DNA of 64,000 nt from Cyanobacteriota bacterium (GTDB taxonomy: Bacteria; Cyanobacteriota; Cyanobacteriia; Cyanobacteriales; Nostocaceae). This document shows, in pieces, positions 39,504 through 48,916 of the stretch (positions are counted from its first letter, which is position 1; every line of letters starts with the position of its first letter). The position numbers and the translations under genes are program-made. The notes under the pieces are model-generated. The model was not told where the DNA came from. It saw only the letters and a list, made by a program, of their open reading frames with translations, and searched no databases. The stretch lies in assembly GCA_046045965.1 (NCBI GenBank), contig JBJOKS010000023.1, positions 37,677 to 101,676 of the forward strand, in the 5' to 3' direction.

Positions 39504-40742
39504 CTATTTTTTTACATCAGTTACCCGCCAACTTAGTTTGAGGTTAACCCAGAAATTCCAAATTGTGGCAACTGCGATCGCAATTAACTTGGCTAAATAC
39601 TCATTCATGTTCAAAGTATTGAAAAGAAAATTAACTACTAAAGTTTGAATGATAATTCCAGCTAAACAGACCATATTAAATTTCAAGAATCTCTTAAAAC
39701 GCTGGCGCTTTCCTTTCTGTTTGCGGGAAATATCACCAAAAGTCCACAAATCATTCCAAAGGAAATTATTCAGAATAGCTACTTCTGCTGACAAAATTGT
39801 ACTACGAGTTAACCCTAAAGCAATCACAGTACGCAACAAACGAAATACCGCTAAATCTACAAAAACGCCACTAAATCCTACTACACCAAAGCGGATAAAG
39901 CGAGCGAAAGGAAAATCAATCTTCCGGCTAATTTTACCTAACCTACCAGTAGATACCCGTAAACGAATTAAGTGTTGAATATACTCTACATATTGCTTCC
40001 ACGTTACCTTACTTTCCCCTTCTGTGCGTTCGCGGAATACATAACCAGCTTCCGCAATCTCCCCCACCTGTCCCCGGCCAATCACCTCTAGGAGAATTTT
40101 ATACCCTACAGGATTCATTGTTGCACCAGCGATCGCACTCCGACGCACCATAAAATAACCACTCATTGGGTCAGTAACTCTACCTAATACTCCTGGTAAA
40201 ATAATTAAACCCAATACCTGCGCCCCACGAGACAAAAAGCGTCTAATTACACTCCAACTACTTACACCACCACCATCTACGTGACGACTGGCTAAAGCCA
40301 AATCTGCGCCATTTTTGATCTTCTGCAACAGTTGTAATAATACTTCTGGAGGATGTTGCAAATCTCCATCAATCACACCCAAAATACGTCCTGTAGCCGC
40401 TTGCCAGCCTCTAATCACCGCAGAAGATAACCCCCGTTCCTCTTGTCTTCGCATCACCCGTAACTGCGGATAATTGGGTATCAGTGATTGTGCCACTTGC
40501 CAAGTAAGATCAGGACTGTCATCATCCACTACAATTAGTTCATAATTTCCAGGGATTGCTTCATCCAGTAACCCACTGAGAATATTGACGATATTTTCGA
40601 TATTATCACGCTCTTTGTAAGTAGGAATCACCAAAGATAGCAAAACATCATTGGTTTCAGCTACATCACTAGGTGGAGATTCAGCAATCTTTAACGGACC
40701 AGTGGGAACAACCAACAGAGAGTTAGATGAGTTTGTATTCAT
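39504..40742 (-). CDS. Polyprenol-phosphate mannose synthase-like GT2 fused to a GtrA domain
   Basis: VVDDDSPD, RGLSSAVIRG, IDGDLQHPPE, DPMSGYF; C-terminal GtrA (FIRFGVVG...NFLWNDLWTF). Confidence 0.88.
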   Translation of the reverse strand: MNTNSSNSLLVVPTGPLKIAESPPSDVAETNDVLLSLVIPTYKERDNIENIVNILSGLLDEAIPGNYELIVVDDDSPDLTWQVAQSLIPNYPQLRVMRRQEERGLSSAVIRGWQAATGRILGVIDGDLQHPPEVLLQLLQKIKNGADLALASRHVDGGGVSSWSVIRRFLSRGAQVLGLIILPGVLGRVTDPMSGYFMVRRSAIAGATMNPVGYKILLEVIGRGQVGEIAEAGYVFRERTEGESKVTWKQYVEYIQHLIRLRVSTGRLGKISRKIDFPFARFIRFGVVGFSGVFVDLAVFRLLRTVIALGLTRSTILSAEVAILNNFLWNDLWTFGDISRKQKGKRQRFKRFLKFNMVCLAGIIIQTLVVNFLFNTLNMNEYLAKLIAIAVATIWNFWVNLKLSWRVTDVKK

Positions 40743-41124
40743 AAAGTAATAAATTTTAGACTGCCGATAACCTGTATAAAGTTTGACTATTTACAGGTTA
40801 CAATAGTTTGGCTCAACTTGGTATAATAAATAATTGTAAAACACTACTTTTAGTATCTGATTATAAGTGATAATTTTAATATGAATTACTTGTAATTTAT
40901 TGCCAAGAGTTTTACATGATCTTCCTGAATATTTAATCTAAACTTTATATTTCATGACGTTGTATCTCAAGAATTAGAGCTTTGTGGAATTATCTTAATG
41001 GAAAAAATCCAACAGAAGAAAGGAACTTCATCATATTTCTAATTTTGGATTTACTTTCTAGATAAATTTAGTTGTTATCTATCCAAAAAATTTAACCTCC
41101 CTCAGTCAATAAATTACAGCATAG

Positions 41125-42804
41125 TCAACGACTGTAAAGACTCGCTGTAAATTCATCTAAGGTAAAAGTACCGGAAAGATTACGAGTTTCTTGTAATTTA
41201 AAACCAGAAGACAAAATTTGTTGAATTTTCTCCTCCTCTGCTTTTATTTCCGCTTCTGTTTTCAAACGTGACCATAGAGGATTAGCACTATTTAACCAAA
41301 TAATCCGAGAATATTTATTCGGTTCTTCTTTGATAACTTTTTCTAAATGAGTTGCTAAATCTGCGGGGTGATGAGATAAAAGCATAACAGGATAATCAGC
41401 GGGAATATAATAAGCTAAACGATTTACATGACCCCAAGCTTTTGAGTTCATCGCAATTAAAGTAGTCTGATTTTTATCTGTAGCCACTAATTCAGCAACA
41501 GAACGAAAAACATAACGATTTCGCAGACTCAAATCACCAATACTAATAGTTAGATAGATTAGCAAGATACCAGCAGCTACCAAGGTACGCCATTGTTTAT
41601 CAATTGCCTTTTCTACCCACAAAGCTATTAATAATAAACAACCAGGGACAATAATAATCATCGTTCTACCAAAGCCAAAACCCAAGGTAAATTTTTTACT
41701 GACAACATCTACTATCAAAGCTAGGAATATAGGCAAAATTCCTAATATTAAAACTGTACCTAAATTTTTCTGTTCCTTTTTATTCCAGAGATGAATAATA
41801 AACCCAACAAATATCAAGATTACTAAACAACCAGATAAAGTGACAACGATAGGATCTAAACTGGTAGCCCAGTCTCCTATCAATACGTCAGTACCCAAAG
41901 TGTTAGCAAAATCCTGTAAATGTCTTAAAAAGGGAGGTAAGTTAGAACTGTTATTACCAAAGCGATTTAAGTCGGCATTACGTAATTGTTTGACTGTACC
42001 CCATAAAGTCCAAGGTATGGTTAATAAAACTCCAGTACCTAACCTTAAACCATGTTGTAACCAGTGTCGTCTATCTAAATACAGTACCAATACTCCTAAA
42101 ACTATTAGCCAATAGGCATATAAATAAAAAGTCATCAAACCAGCAGTAATGGAAATAATGAAAAGTCCATTCCATAACAACTGACTGCTACGACTTTGGT
42201 TAATGTCAGAATTTTGTTGTTCAATTAGATATAATAACGACCATGTAGTGAGAATTACCCATAATACCAAAGGTGCATACATCCTGACATTGAGAGAATG
42301 AAATAAATAAAATGGACTAATAGCTAATAGTGCTGCAAAAAAAAGTCCGCCACGATGTCCTAATATAAACTTGCCTAAACCATAAGCCCCACCCATCGCA
42401 GCTATACTAAATAATGTATTTAAACTCCGCATTGCTGCTTCGCTATTGCCAAAAAGACGCAACCAAAAATGTTGACTTAAAAAGAATATTGGTGGATGGG
42501 GTTCACCACCTAAAAGACTTTTAAGGAGAACTACAATAGTTTTGAAAAAGTCCCCTAAACTTGTTTCTTTGGGTAAGCTTAATAGGGATGTATATTCTGC
42601 TAATACTACTGGTGCATCTTTAGGAGTTTTGTAAACAGCGTTTTGACTGGTAGAAAGCAGTAAAGATAAAACTTCATCATACCAAAATTCTCTAGTTCCT
42701 AAATTGATAATTCTGAGGATGACTGCTATAGCTATAGTTATCAAGGCTAATCTTTCTATAGATAGCAGTTGTTTCACGTTGTTCATTGATAAATTGATTT
42801 TCAT
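41125..42804 (-). CDS. GT-C (PMT/GT39-like) membrane glycosyltransferase
   Basis: FWYDE, EPHPPIFF, FGNSEAAMRSL and HSLNVRMY motifs; multi-pass membrane protein. Confidence 0.82.
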   Translation of the reverse strand: MKINLSMNNVKQLLSIERLALITIAIAVILRIINLGTREFWYDEVLSLLLSTSQNAVYKTPKDAPVVLAEYTSLLSLPKETSLGDFFKTIVVLLKSLLGGEPHPPIFFLSQHFWLRLFGNSEAAMRSLNTLFSIAAMGGAYGLGKFILGHRGGLFFAALLAISPFYLFHSLNVRMYAPLVLWVILTTWSLLYLIEQQNSDINQSRSSQLLWNGLFIISITAGLMTFYLYAYWLIVLGVLVLYLDRRHWLQHGLRLGTGVLLTIPWTLWGTVKQLRNADLNRFGNNSSNLPPFLRHLQDFANTLGTDVLIGDWATSLDPIVVTLSGCLVILIFVGFIIHLWNKKEQKNLGTVLILGILPIFLALIVDVVSKKFTLGFGFGRTMIIIVPGCLLLIALWVEKAIDKQWRTLVAAGILLIYLTISIGDLSLRNRYVFRSVAELVATDKNQTTLIAMNSKAWGHVNRLAYYIPADYPVMLLSHHPADLATHLEKVIKEEPNKYSRIIWLNSANPLWSRLKTEAEIKAEEEKIQQILSSGFKLQETRNLSGTFTLDEFTASLYSR

Positions 42805-42827
42805 TTCTTTATTGGTAGGAATTTATT

Positions 42828-44405
42828 CTAGTTTTTAATAATGCTTGCTTCTTCTATTCTGTATCTTTTATTTGCTTTAATTTTTTTTAGCTGAATAATT
42901 AAGTTTTTCGGCTTTGCAGCTACTTCTAATTTATTTGGTATGGTGGGGGAAGAAAAGCATTTATCGTAAAAAGGACATATATACAGAAATTTTTTATATC
43001 CTTGTTTATCCAATGCCAAACCTAACTTACTAATATCATCAGGTTGCTTGGTGAGAAAAAAGTTTTTTTGTTTGAAGGTGACTTCAAAACTTTGTCCAAC
43101 ATATTGATTAGCTACAGCTACAATTTTATTAGTATCTTGACGCAAAAAATCCAGAATTTCCATAGTTTCTTGTTTACCTTTTTGGTAAGCAGTTTCTGTA
43201 CCTGTAATCATATTGAGATTAAATCCTAAGATGAACAGCATCGCTAAAATTGCCGTGCTAATATATCTGATCCCAAATTGTTTAATTTTCCAAGTTTTCT
43301 CTAAAGCAGATATAGCGATGACATTAAATAAGGGGATGAGAATTAATAAAAATCGTGGTCCCCATTGTTTACCACCATCACTAGGAATAAGTATAGGCAC
43401 TATCAATAAATATAAACCTGATATTAATAATATCTGGATGATTGCAGGTTTTAATCTCAAGTTAGCTCCAAATATGGAAATAACACAAATTGCCAGCGCA
43501 AAGTATATAATCGGAAAATGTTTAATCAAGCTGTCTTTGAGTTCATTAAAAAACTTCCATGATTTCAATAGTCTTTCTTGTAGAGAAAAGTTTTCTACAA
43601 CTTGGAAAGCATGAGCGCCCAAAGGATGTCCATAAATCAATTGATTTAAGGCGAAGAAACACAATACAGTTAATATTAAACTGGCTAAAAATATGATTTG
43701 TTTATGATCAATTATAGTAAATAAATCTAGCTTAGTTAGATATGAGGCAATTAATAGCATGAACACAATAGCTACTAATGCTAGAAATTCTGGTCTAAAC
43801 CAAACTGCTAAACCAATTAATATCCCACTGAATATGGCTTCATTGTTAGTCAACTCATTTTCTGGCTGGGAAAAGATAATTACTAAGCCACTGAAAGCTA
43901 AACATACTGCTAATGTATGTTCCCAATACATGGCACTATACATAGTCAGCGGAGAAGCGAAAATCAGCGTCATCAAACCTATGGAAATTATGAATTGATC
44001 TAGTTTAAAAGCCTGACAAAGACGATAAAAATTCAACCAGATGATCCATGTAGAAATTAAGGGAATTATGTAAAATCCTCGATAACCAAAAATGGCGTAA
44101 AATGGTGCGGTGACAAGGGGAAATGTAAAGGGAAATGTGATATAATACAGATTCTTAATTTTATAGCTGAATGGAGGTTCAAAAGGATATAGTCCGCTAT
44201 TCCAAGCATTTTGTACCCACTCAGATACTTGTAAATTTAAATCAAAGCGCAATTCACCAGCAGCAAGTTGTTTAGCTAACAATGCTTTGAGTCCACCATC
44301 ACCACTAAAGTAAATGTCATCTGCAACCTGTGACAGTAAATATAAAGAGAAAATCACACCTGATAAAATAATCAGCAATGGTAAGTTGGCTTTCAATTTA
44401 TTCAT
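42828..44405 (-). CDS. Putative GT-C membrane glycosyltransferase
   Basis: FSGDGGLK, YWEH, WFRPE and QWGPRFL motifs; multi-pass membrane protein. Confidence 0.65.
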   Translation of the reverse strand: MNKLKANLPLLIILSGVIFSLYLLSQVADDIYFSGDGGLKALLAKQLAAGELRFDLNLQVSEWVQNAWNSGLYPFEPPFSYKIKNLYYITFPFTFPLVTAPFYAIFGYRGFYIIPLISTWIIWLNFYRLCQAFKLDQFIISIGLMTLIFASPLTMYSAMYWEHTLAVCLAFSGLVIIFSQPENELTNNEAIFSGILIGLAVWFRPEFLALVAIVFMLLIASYLTKLDLFTIIDHKQIIFLASLILTVLCFFALNQLIYGHPLGAHAFQVVENFSLQERLLKSWKFFNELKDSLIKHFPIIYFALAICVISIFGANLRLKPAIIQILLISGLYLLIVPILIPSDGGKQWGPRFLLILIPLFNVIAISALEKTWKIKQFGIRYISTAILAMLFILGFNLNMITGTETAYQKGKQETMEILDFLRQDTNKIVAVANQYVGQSFEVTFKQKNFFLTKQPDDISKLGLALDKQGYKKFLYICPFYDKCFSSPTIPNKLEVAAKPKNLIIQLKKIKANKRYRIEEASIIKN

Positions 44406-44429
44406 ACATTAATAAAACTTTGATTAACT

Positions 44430-45572
44430 GTGACTAATATAACATTGGATACCACTCTTGAGCGTTCCTTGCTAGGGTTTAATATATCACCATCTGAGGC
44501 AGTAGTTTTATTAAAACAAACTGACCCAGAAGCTGTAAATACTATTCGGGAAACTGCTGACCAACTGCGACAAAAACAAGCTGGAGAGACTGTTACTTAC
44601 GTAATAAACCGTAATATTAATTTTACTAACATTTGTGAACAGCATTGTAGTTTTTGTGCATTCCGACGAGATGATGGTGATACGGATGCTTACTGGTTAG
44701 ATTGGGCGCAGATTTTGGAAAAGGCTACAGATGCGGTGCATCGAGGAGCAACAGAAATATGTATGCAAGGGGGATTGCATCCACAAGCGCAAATCAACGG
44801 TAAATCCCTACCTTATTACATGAAGTTGGTAGAAACTATTAAACAGGAGTTTCCCCAGCTACATTTACACGCTTTTTCGCCCCAGGAAGTCCAGTTTATT
44901 GCCAGATTAGACGGAATTTCTTATACTGAGGTAATTACAGCTTTGCGTGATGCTGGTGTGGGTTCAATGCCAGGAACAGCAGCAGAAGTGTTAGATGATG
45001 AAGTCAGAAGGGTATTGTGTCCAGAAAAGATTGATACGGAAACTTGGTTAGAAATTGTCAGTACGGCACATAAATTAGGTGTACCTACTACGAGTACCAT
45101 GTTATCGGGGCATATTGAAACCCCAGAACAGCAAATTAGACATTTAGAAAAATTGCGATCGCTCCAACAAACAGCCTTAGAAAAAGGATACCCAGCCAGA
45201 ATAACAGAATTTATTATTTTACCCTTCGTTGGACAAGAAGCGCCTAAATCCTTACGTCGTCGCGTAGGCAGAGATCAACCAGTCTTAGCAGATGCTCTTT
45301 TACTCACTGCGGTAGCGCGGATATTCTTAGGAAACTGCATACCTAACCATCAACCAAGTTGGGTAAAATTAGGGCTTGGTGGGGCGACAGAAGCCTTAAC
45401 TTGGGGTTGTAACGATATTGGTGGCACATTAATGGAAGAACACATTACCACAATGGCCGGGGCTATCGGTGGTACTTGTATGGAAGTAGAAACCCTGCAA
45501 AGTGCGATCGCTTCCCTCAACCGACCTTACCAACAACGAAATACATTATATGAGGTAATTGATAATTCATAA
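44430..45572 (+). CDS. cofH: FO synthase subunit CofH (radical SAM)
   Basis: [18 protein letters not shown] (CxxxCxxC), [10 protein letters not shown] and [12 protein letters not shown]. Confidence 0.9.
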   Translation: MTNITLDTTLERSLLGFNISPSEAVVLLKQTDPEAVNTIRETADQLRQKQAGETVTYVINRNINFTNICEQHCSFCAFRRDDGDTDAYWLDWAQILEKATDAVHRGATEICMQGGLHPQAQINGKSLPYYMKLVETIKQEFPQLHLHAFSPQEVQFIARLDGISYTEVITALRDAGVGSMPGTAAEVLDDEVRRVLCPEKIDTETWLEIVSTAHKLGVPTTSTMLSGHIETPEQQIRHLEKLRSLQQTALEKGYPARITEFIILPFVGQEAPKSLRRRVGRDQPVLADALLLTAVARIFLGNCIPNHQPSWVKLGLGGATEALTWGCNDIGGTLMEEHITTMAGAIGGTCMEVETLQSAIASLNRPYQQRNTLYEVIDNS

Positions 45573-45668
45573 TTAATAATTCGTAATTTACTCATCCTCT
45601 GTCCCCAGTCCCCTATCCCCTGCATACCAATCCAAGATAGGATGGACGTTGATTTACGTATTTAATGA

Positions 45669-46073
45669 ATGGATATGAAACGTTATTGGTCGCGTCTGCT
45701 GGCACTACTTTTAGTTGTCACCATTGGCTTAATGGGTTGTTCTGGTAGTCCTGATGGCTTAACAGGAGATTATCGTCAAGATACTTTGTCCGTGGTCAAA
45801 GTCTTAAAACAAGCTGTAGAAGTATCACCAGATGATCCTAATAAAGCAGCAATTCAAGCAGAAGCACGTCAAAAAATTAATGACTTTTCTGCACGTTATC
45901 AAAGGGCTAATTCCGTATCTGGTTTGAGTTCCTTTACAACCATGCGAACAGCCCTCAACGCTTTAGCTGGTCACTATAGTTCTTACCCTAACCGTCCCAT
46001 TCCTGAAAAGTTGAAAAATCGCCTAGAACAAGAGTTTTCTCGTGTCGAAACAGCCATAAACCGTGGTGGTTAA
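45669..46073 (+). CDS. psb27: Photosystem II lipoprotein Psb27
   Basis: Lipobox LMGC; SFTTMRTALNALAGHYSSYPNRP. Confidence 0.93.
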   Translation: MDMKRYWSRLLALLLVVTIGLMGCSGSPDGLTGDYRQDTLSVVKVLKQAVEVSPDDPNKAAIQAEARQKINDFSARYQRANSVSGLSSFTTMRTALNALAGHYSSYPNRPIPEKLKNRLEQEFSRVETAINRGG

Positions 46074-46196
46074 TTATCAGGTAAAAGTTGGAATTTCCAA
46101 CTATCTTTAATAGCAGGCTTTGCCTGCTTTCTTCATCAATATCAAGTACATTTATAGGGGTTTGTTTCGCGCCATCGTAGCCAAAGTATAGATAAA

Positions 46197-47702
46197 TTGA
46201 GAACTATGTACAAAGCTTCTTTAAACTTTCCCACAGCGAAATCATTGCGTCGCAGTCTGTTTGCTGTTTTGTTTAGCAGCAGTATGTTGATGCCTAACTT
46301 TAACACTCAACCAGCAGCAGCACAAATAATGGAGTTTTGTCAATTATCACCAAAAGCAGTTAAAGAAAAAGAAAACTTACGTTTATCGGCACAGAAAGGC
46401 AATAAAGACGCTCAGAGTCGCTACCAAAAACTAATCAAAGAACACACACAACAATTACAAAATTGTCGCAGTCGAAATTGGCCGCAAACTCAAGCTATTT
46501 GGTTACGATTATATCCCTGTGACTCTCAACCGGGAGCAATTGATCAAATTATGGATCATATAGTTAATAGTGGCTATAACCAAGTTTATTTAGAAGCATT
46601 TTATGATGGTCAGGTATTGTTACCAGCAGGAAATAATCCCACAGTTTGGCCTGCTGTTGTTCGCACTCCGGGAAAAGAAAAAGTAGATTTATTAGCTGAA
46701 GGAATTAAAAAAGGACAAGAAAGAGGTTTAAAGGTTTATGCTTGGATGTTTACAATGAATTTTGGCTATACTTACGGTCAGATTCCCAGTAGAAAAAATG
46801 CGATCGCTCGTAATGGTAAAGGTCAAAATAGTATAGAAGTTGTAGATAACCGTTCCCAAGTATTTGTTGATCCCTACAACCAACAAGCAAAAGACGACTA
46901 TTACCGCATGGTACAAGAAATTATGCGTCGTCGTCCTGATGGTTTGTTATTGGACTATGTACGCTATCCCCGACAAGCAGGAAGCGATTCTATAGCTACA
47001 AAAGTTGGCGATTTATGGTTATTTACTCCCGCAATTCAAGAAGCTTTTCTGCGTCGTGCTAAAAATAATAAGGGACTAGAATTAATCCGTCGTTTTTTAA
47101 ATAAAGGATATGTCACCGTTGGAGATATAGGTGAAGTTGATCAACTTTATCCCCAAGAAGATGAACCAATGTGGGAAGGCCGTATTCCTCCAGTTACACA
47201 AAAAACATTACTGACAGCAAAAGATAAACAACCAATTTTACAATCAGATTTATGGCTTTTAGCAGTTGCTCACGCTATGCAAGGTATATTAGATTTTGTT
47301 GCCTTAGCTAGTTATCCAGCCACACAAAATAATCTTCCTGCTGGGGTGGTATTTTTCCCAGATGGTAATCAAACAATAGGTAAAGGATATGATTCCCGTT
47401 TGCAACCTTGGGATAAGTTTCCTAATAGTTTAGAATGGCATCCTATGTCCTATGCAACTTGTGGAAATGCCGGTTGTATTATGGAGCAAGTGCAACGAGT
47501 TTTGAGTATGGCACAACCTGGTACAAAAGTTATTCCTGCTTTAGCTGGTAAATGGGGAGAACCAATAACAGGCCGTCCACCTTTAGAACAACAAATGGCA
47601 GCTTTAAGACAATTTGCACCTCAAATAAATGCAGTTAGTCATTTTGCTTATTCTTGGCAACATCCAGAACTTGATAACCAGCGGAAATTTTGCCGGAATT
47701 AA
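46197..47702 (+). CDS. GHL10-like (family 10 glycosylhydrolase-like) exported protein
   Basis: Signal-like N-terminus; GLKVYAWMF, FVDP and DGLLLDYVRYP motifs. Confidence 0.75.
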   Translation: MRTMYKASLNFPTAKSLRRSLFAVLFSSSMLMPNFNTQPAAAQIMEFCQLSPKAVKEKENLRLSAQKGNKDAQSRYQKLIKEHTQQLQNCRSRNWPQTQAIWLRLYPCDSQPGAIDQIMDHIVNSGYNQVYLEAFYDGQVLLPAGNNPTVWPAVVRTPGKEKVDLLAEGIKKGQERGLKVYAWMFTMNFGYTYGQIPSRKNAIARNGKGQNSIEVVDNRSQVFVDPYNQQAKDDYYRMVQEIMRRRPDGLLLDYVRYPRQAGSDSIATKVGDLWLFTPAIQEAFLRRAKNNKGLELIRRFLNKGYVTVGDIGEVDQLYPQEDEPMWEGRIPPVTQKTLLTAKDKQPILQSDLWLLAVAHAMQGILDFVALASYPATQNNLPAGVVFFPDGNQTIGKGYDSRLQPWDKFPNSLEWHPMSYATCGNAGCIMEQVQRVLSMAQPGTKVIPALAGKWGEPITGRPPLEQQMAALRQFAPQINAVSHFAYSWQHPELDNQRKFCRN

Positions 47703-47706
47703 TACA

Positions 47707-47763
<57 letters not shown>

Positions 47764-47807
47764 AAAATATCTATTCCCTGTTCCCTGTTCCCTGTTTTTT
47801 GACTTGT

Positions 47808-48770
47808 TTACCAATCTCCTAACTGCGTACCCAAAAAATAACGGACATGATCAGTAAATTTTAGCCCAAACTTACTGTTTCCATGTCCTAAACCTGGAAC
47901 TACATAACAATCACCATCAGGGAAACATTGAGCGCAAGCTTGAGCATTTTTCACATTTACAATTGGGTCATTAGCACCTACTAAAAATCTCACTCTTCGC
48001 GGTAACTGCACTTGCTCAATATACGTCATCGGGTTAAACTGTTGAGCGTATTTATCAGAATATTTCAAATTGTTAGCCAACCTGAGCATCTGCACCACAG
48101 GTTTGATTTGTGGTTGCATTTTTCCTAACATAATTTCTGCTAAAGTTCCTAAAGGTGAAGCTGCTAAATCTGGTAAAATTCCTCGTCCCCAACTATTAGC
48201 AAAAGTTGAAAGATCAGCATGGCCAATTGTACCTAATAATCGTTCCCCAATGCCATGAGCAGTAAAAGCATAACCACTAAATAAAACCCCCATACTCACA
48301 CCAAACAAACCCAACTTGTTACTAAGACCATATCTTTCACAGCAAAATTGATGAATTCTGGAAATGTCTAAAGCAGTCTGCTGAAATATTTTTGATAAAA
48401 GTTCTGTATCAAAGGAAATACCCCGATCAATTAACGGTTTAATTTCATATTCCACCACAGCTTTAAATGTCCTTACCAAACTTCTTTCCCCCGCAAATGG
48501 CGTATCAAATAAAGCCACAGCAATACCCATTTGTGTTAACATCGGGATGATAAAATTATTCCACTGATATGGAGCGCACATTCCTTGTAAACCAATGACT
48601 AGAGGTGTATCCTGTACAGGTCGATGACTGGGAAGAAACACCACTACAGGAAAACCGCTGAGTCTTTCATCAATATCAGCTACTCCAGTGAAAGCATAAG
48701 GTTCATGAAACCAGTATCGCTCTCCATTTACACCCTCGAAATTAATCGTATCAGCACCGTAGATAGGCAT
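47808..48770 (-). CDS. Alpha/beta hydrolase
   Basis: Nucleophile elbow GVSMG; Asp in GANDPIV; His in PGLGH. Confidence 0.8.
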   Translation of the reverse strand: MPIYGADTINFEGVNGERYWFHEPYAFTGVADIDERLSGFPVVVFLPSHRPVQDTPLVIGLQGMCAPYQWNNFIIPMLTQMGIAVALFDTPFAGERSLVRTFKAVVEYEIKPLIDRGISFDTELLSKIFQQTALDISRIHQFCCERYGLSNKLGLFGVSMGVLFSGYAFTAHGIGERLLGTIGHADLSTFANSWGRGILPDLAASPLGTLAEIMLGKMQPQIKPVVQMLRLANNLKYSDKYAQQFNPMTYIEQVQLPRRVRFLVGANDPIVNVKNAQACAQCFPDGDCYVVPGLGHGNSKFGLKFTDHVRYFLGTQLGDW

Positions 48771-48916
48771 ATTTAGATAAATTTAACTATTCAATCACGA
48801 AAAATAGTGTATTGTTATACTCAAGAGATTTGCTACCCTACAAAGACATATTTCTGGCTTAATTGGGGGAAATTGTCCTTAAAAGCATCAAAATTTTGGT
48901 AAGTATTGGGGCTATT

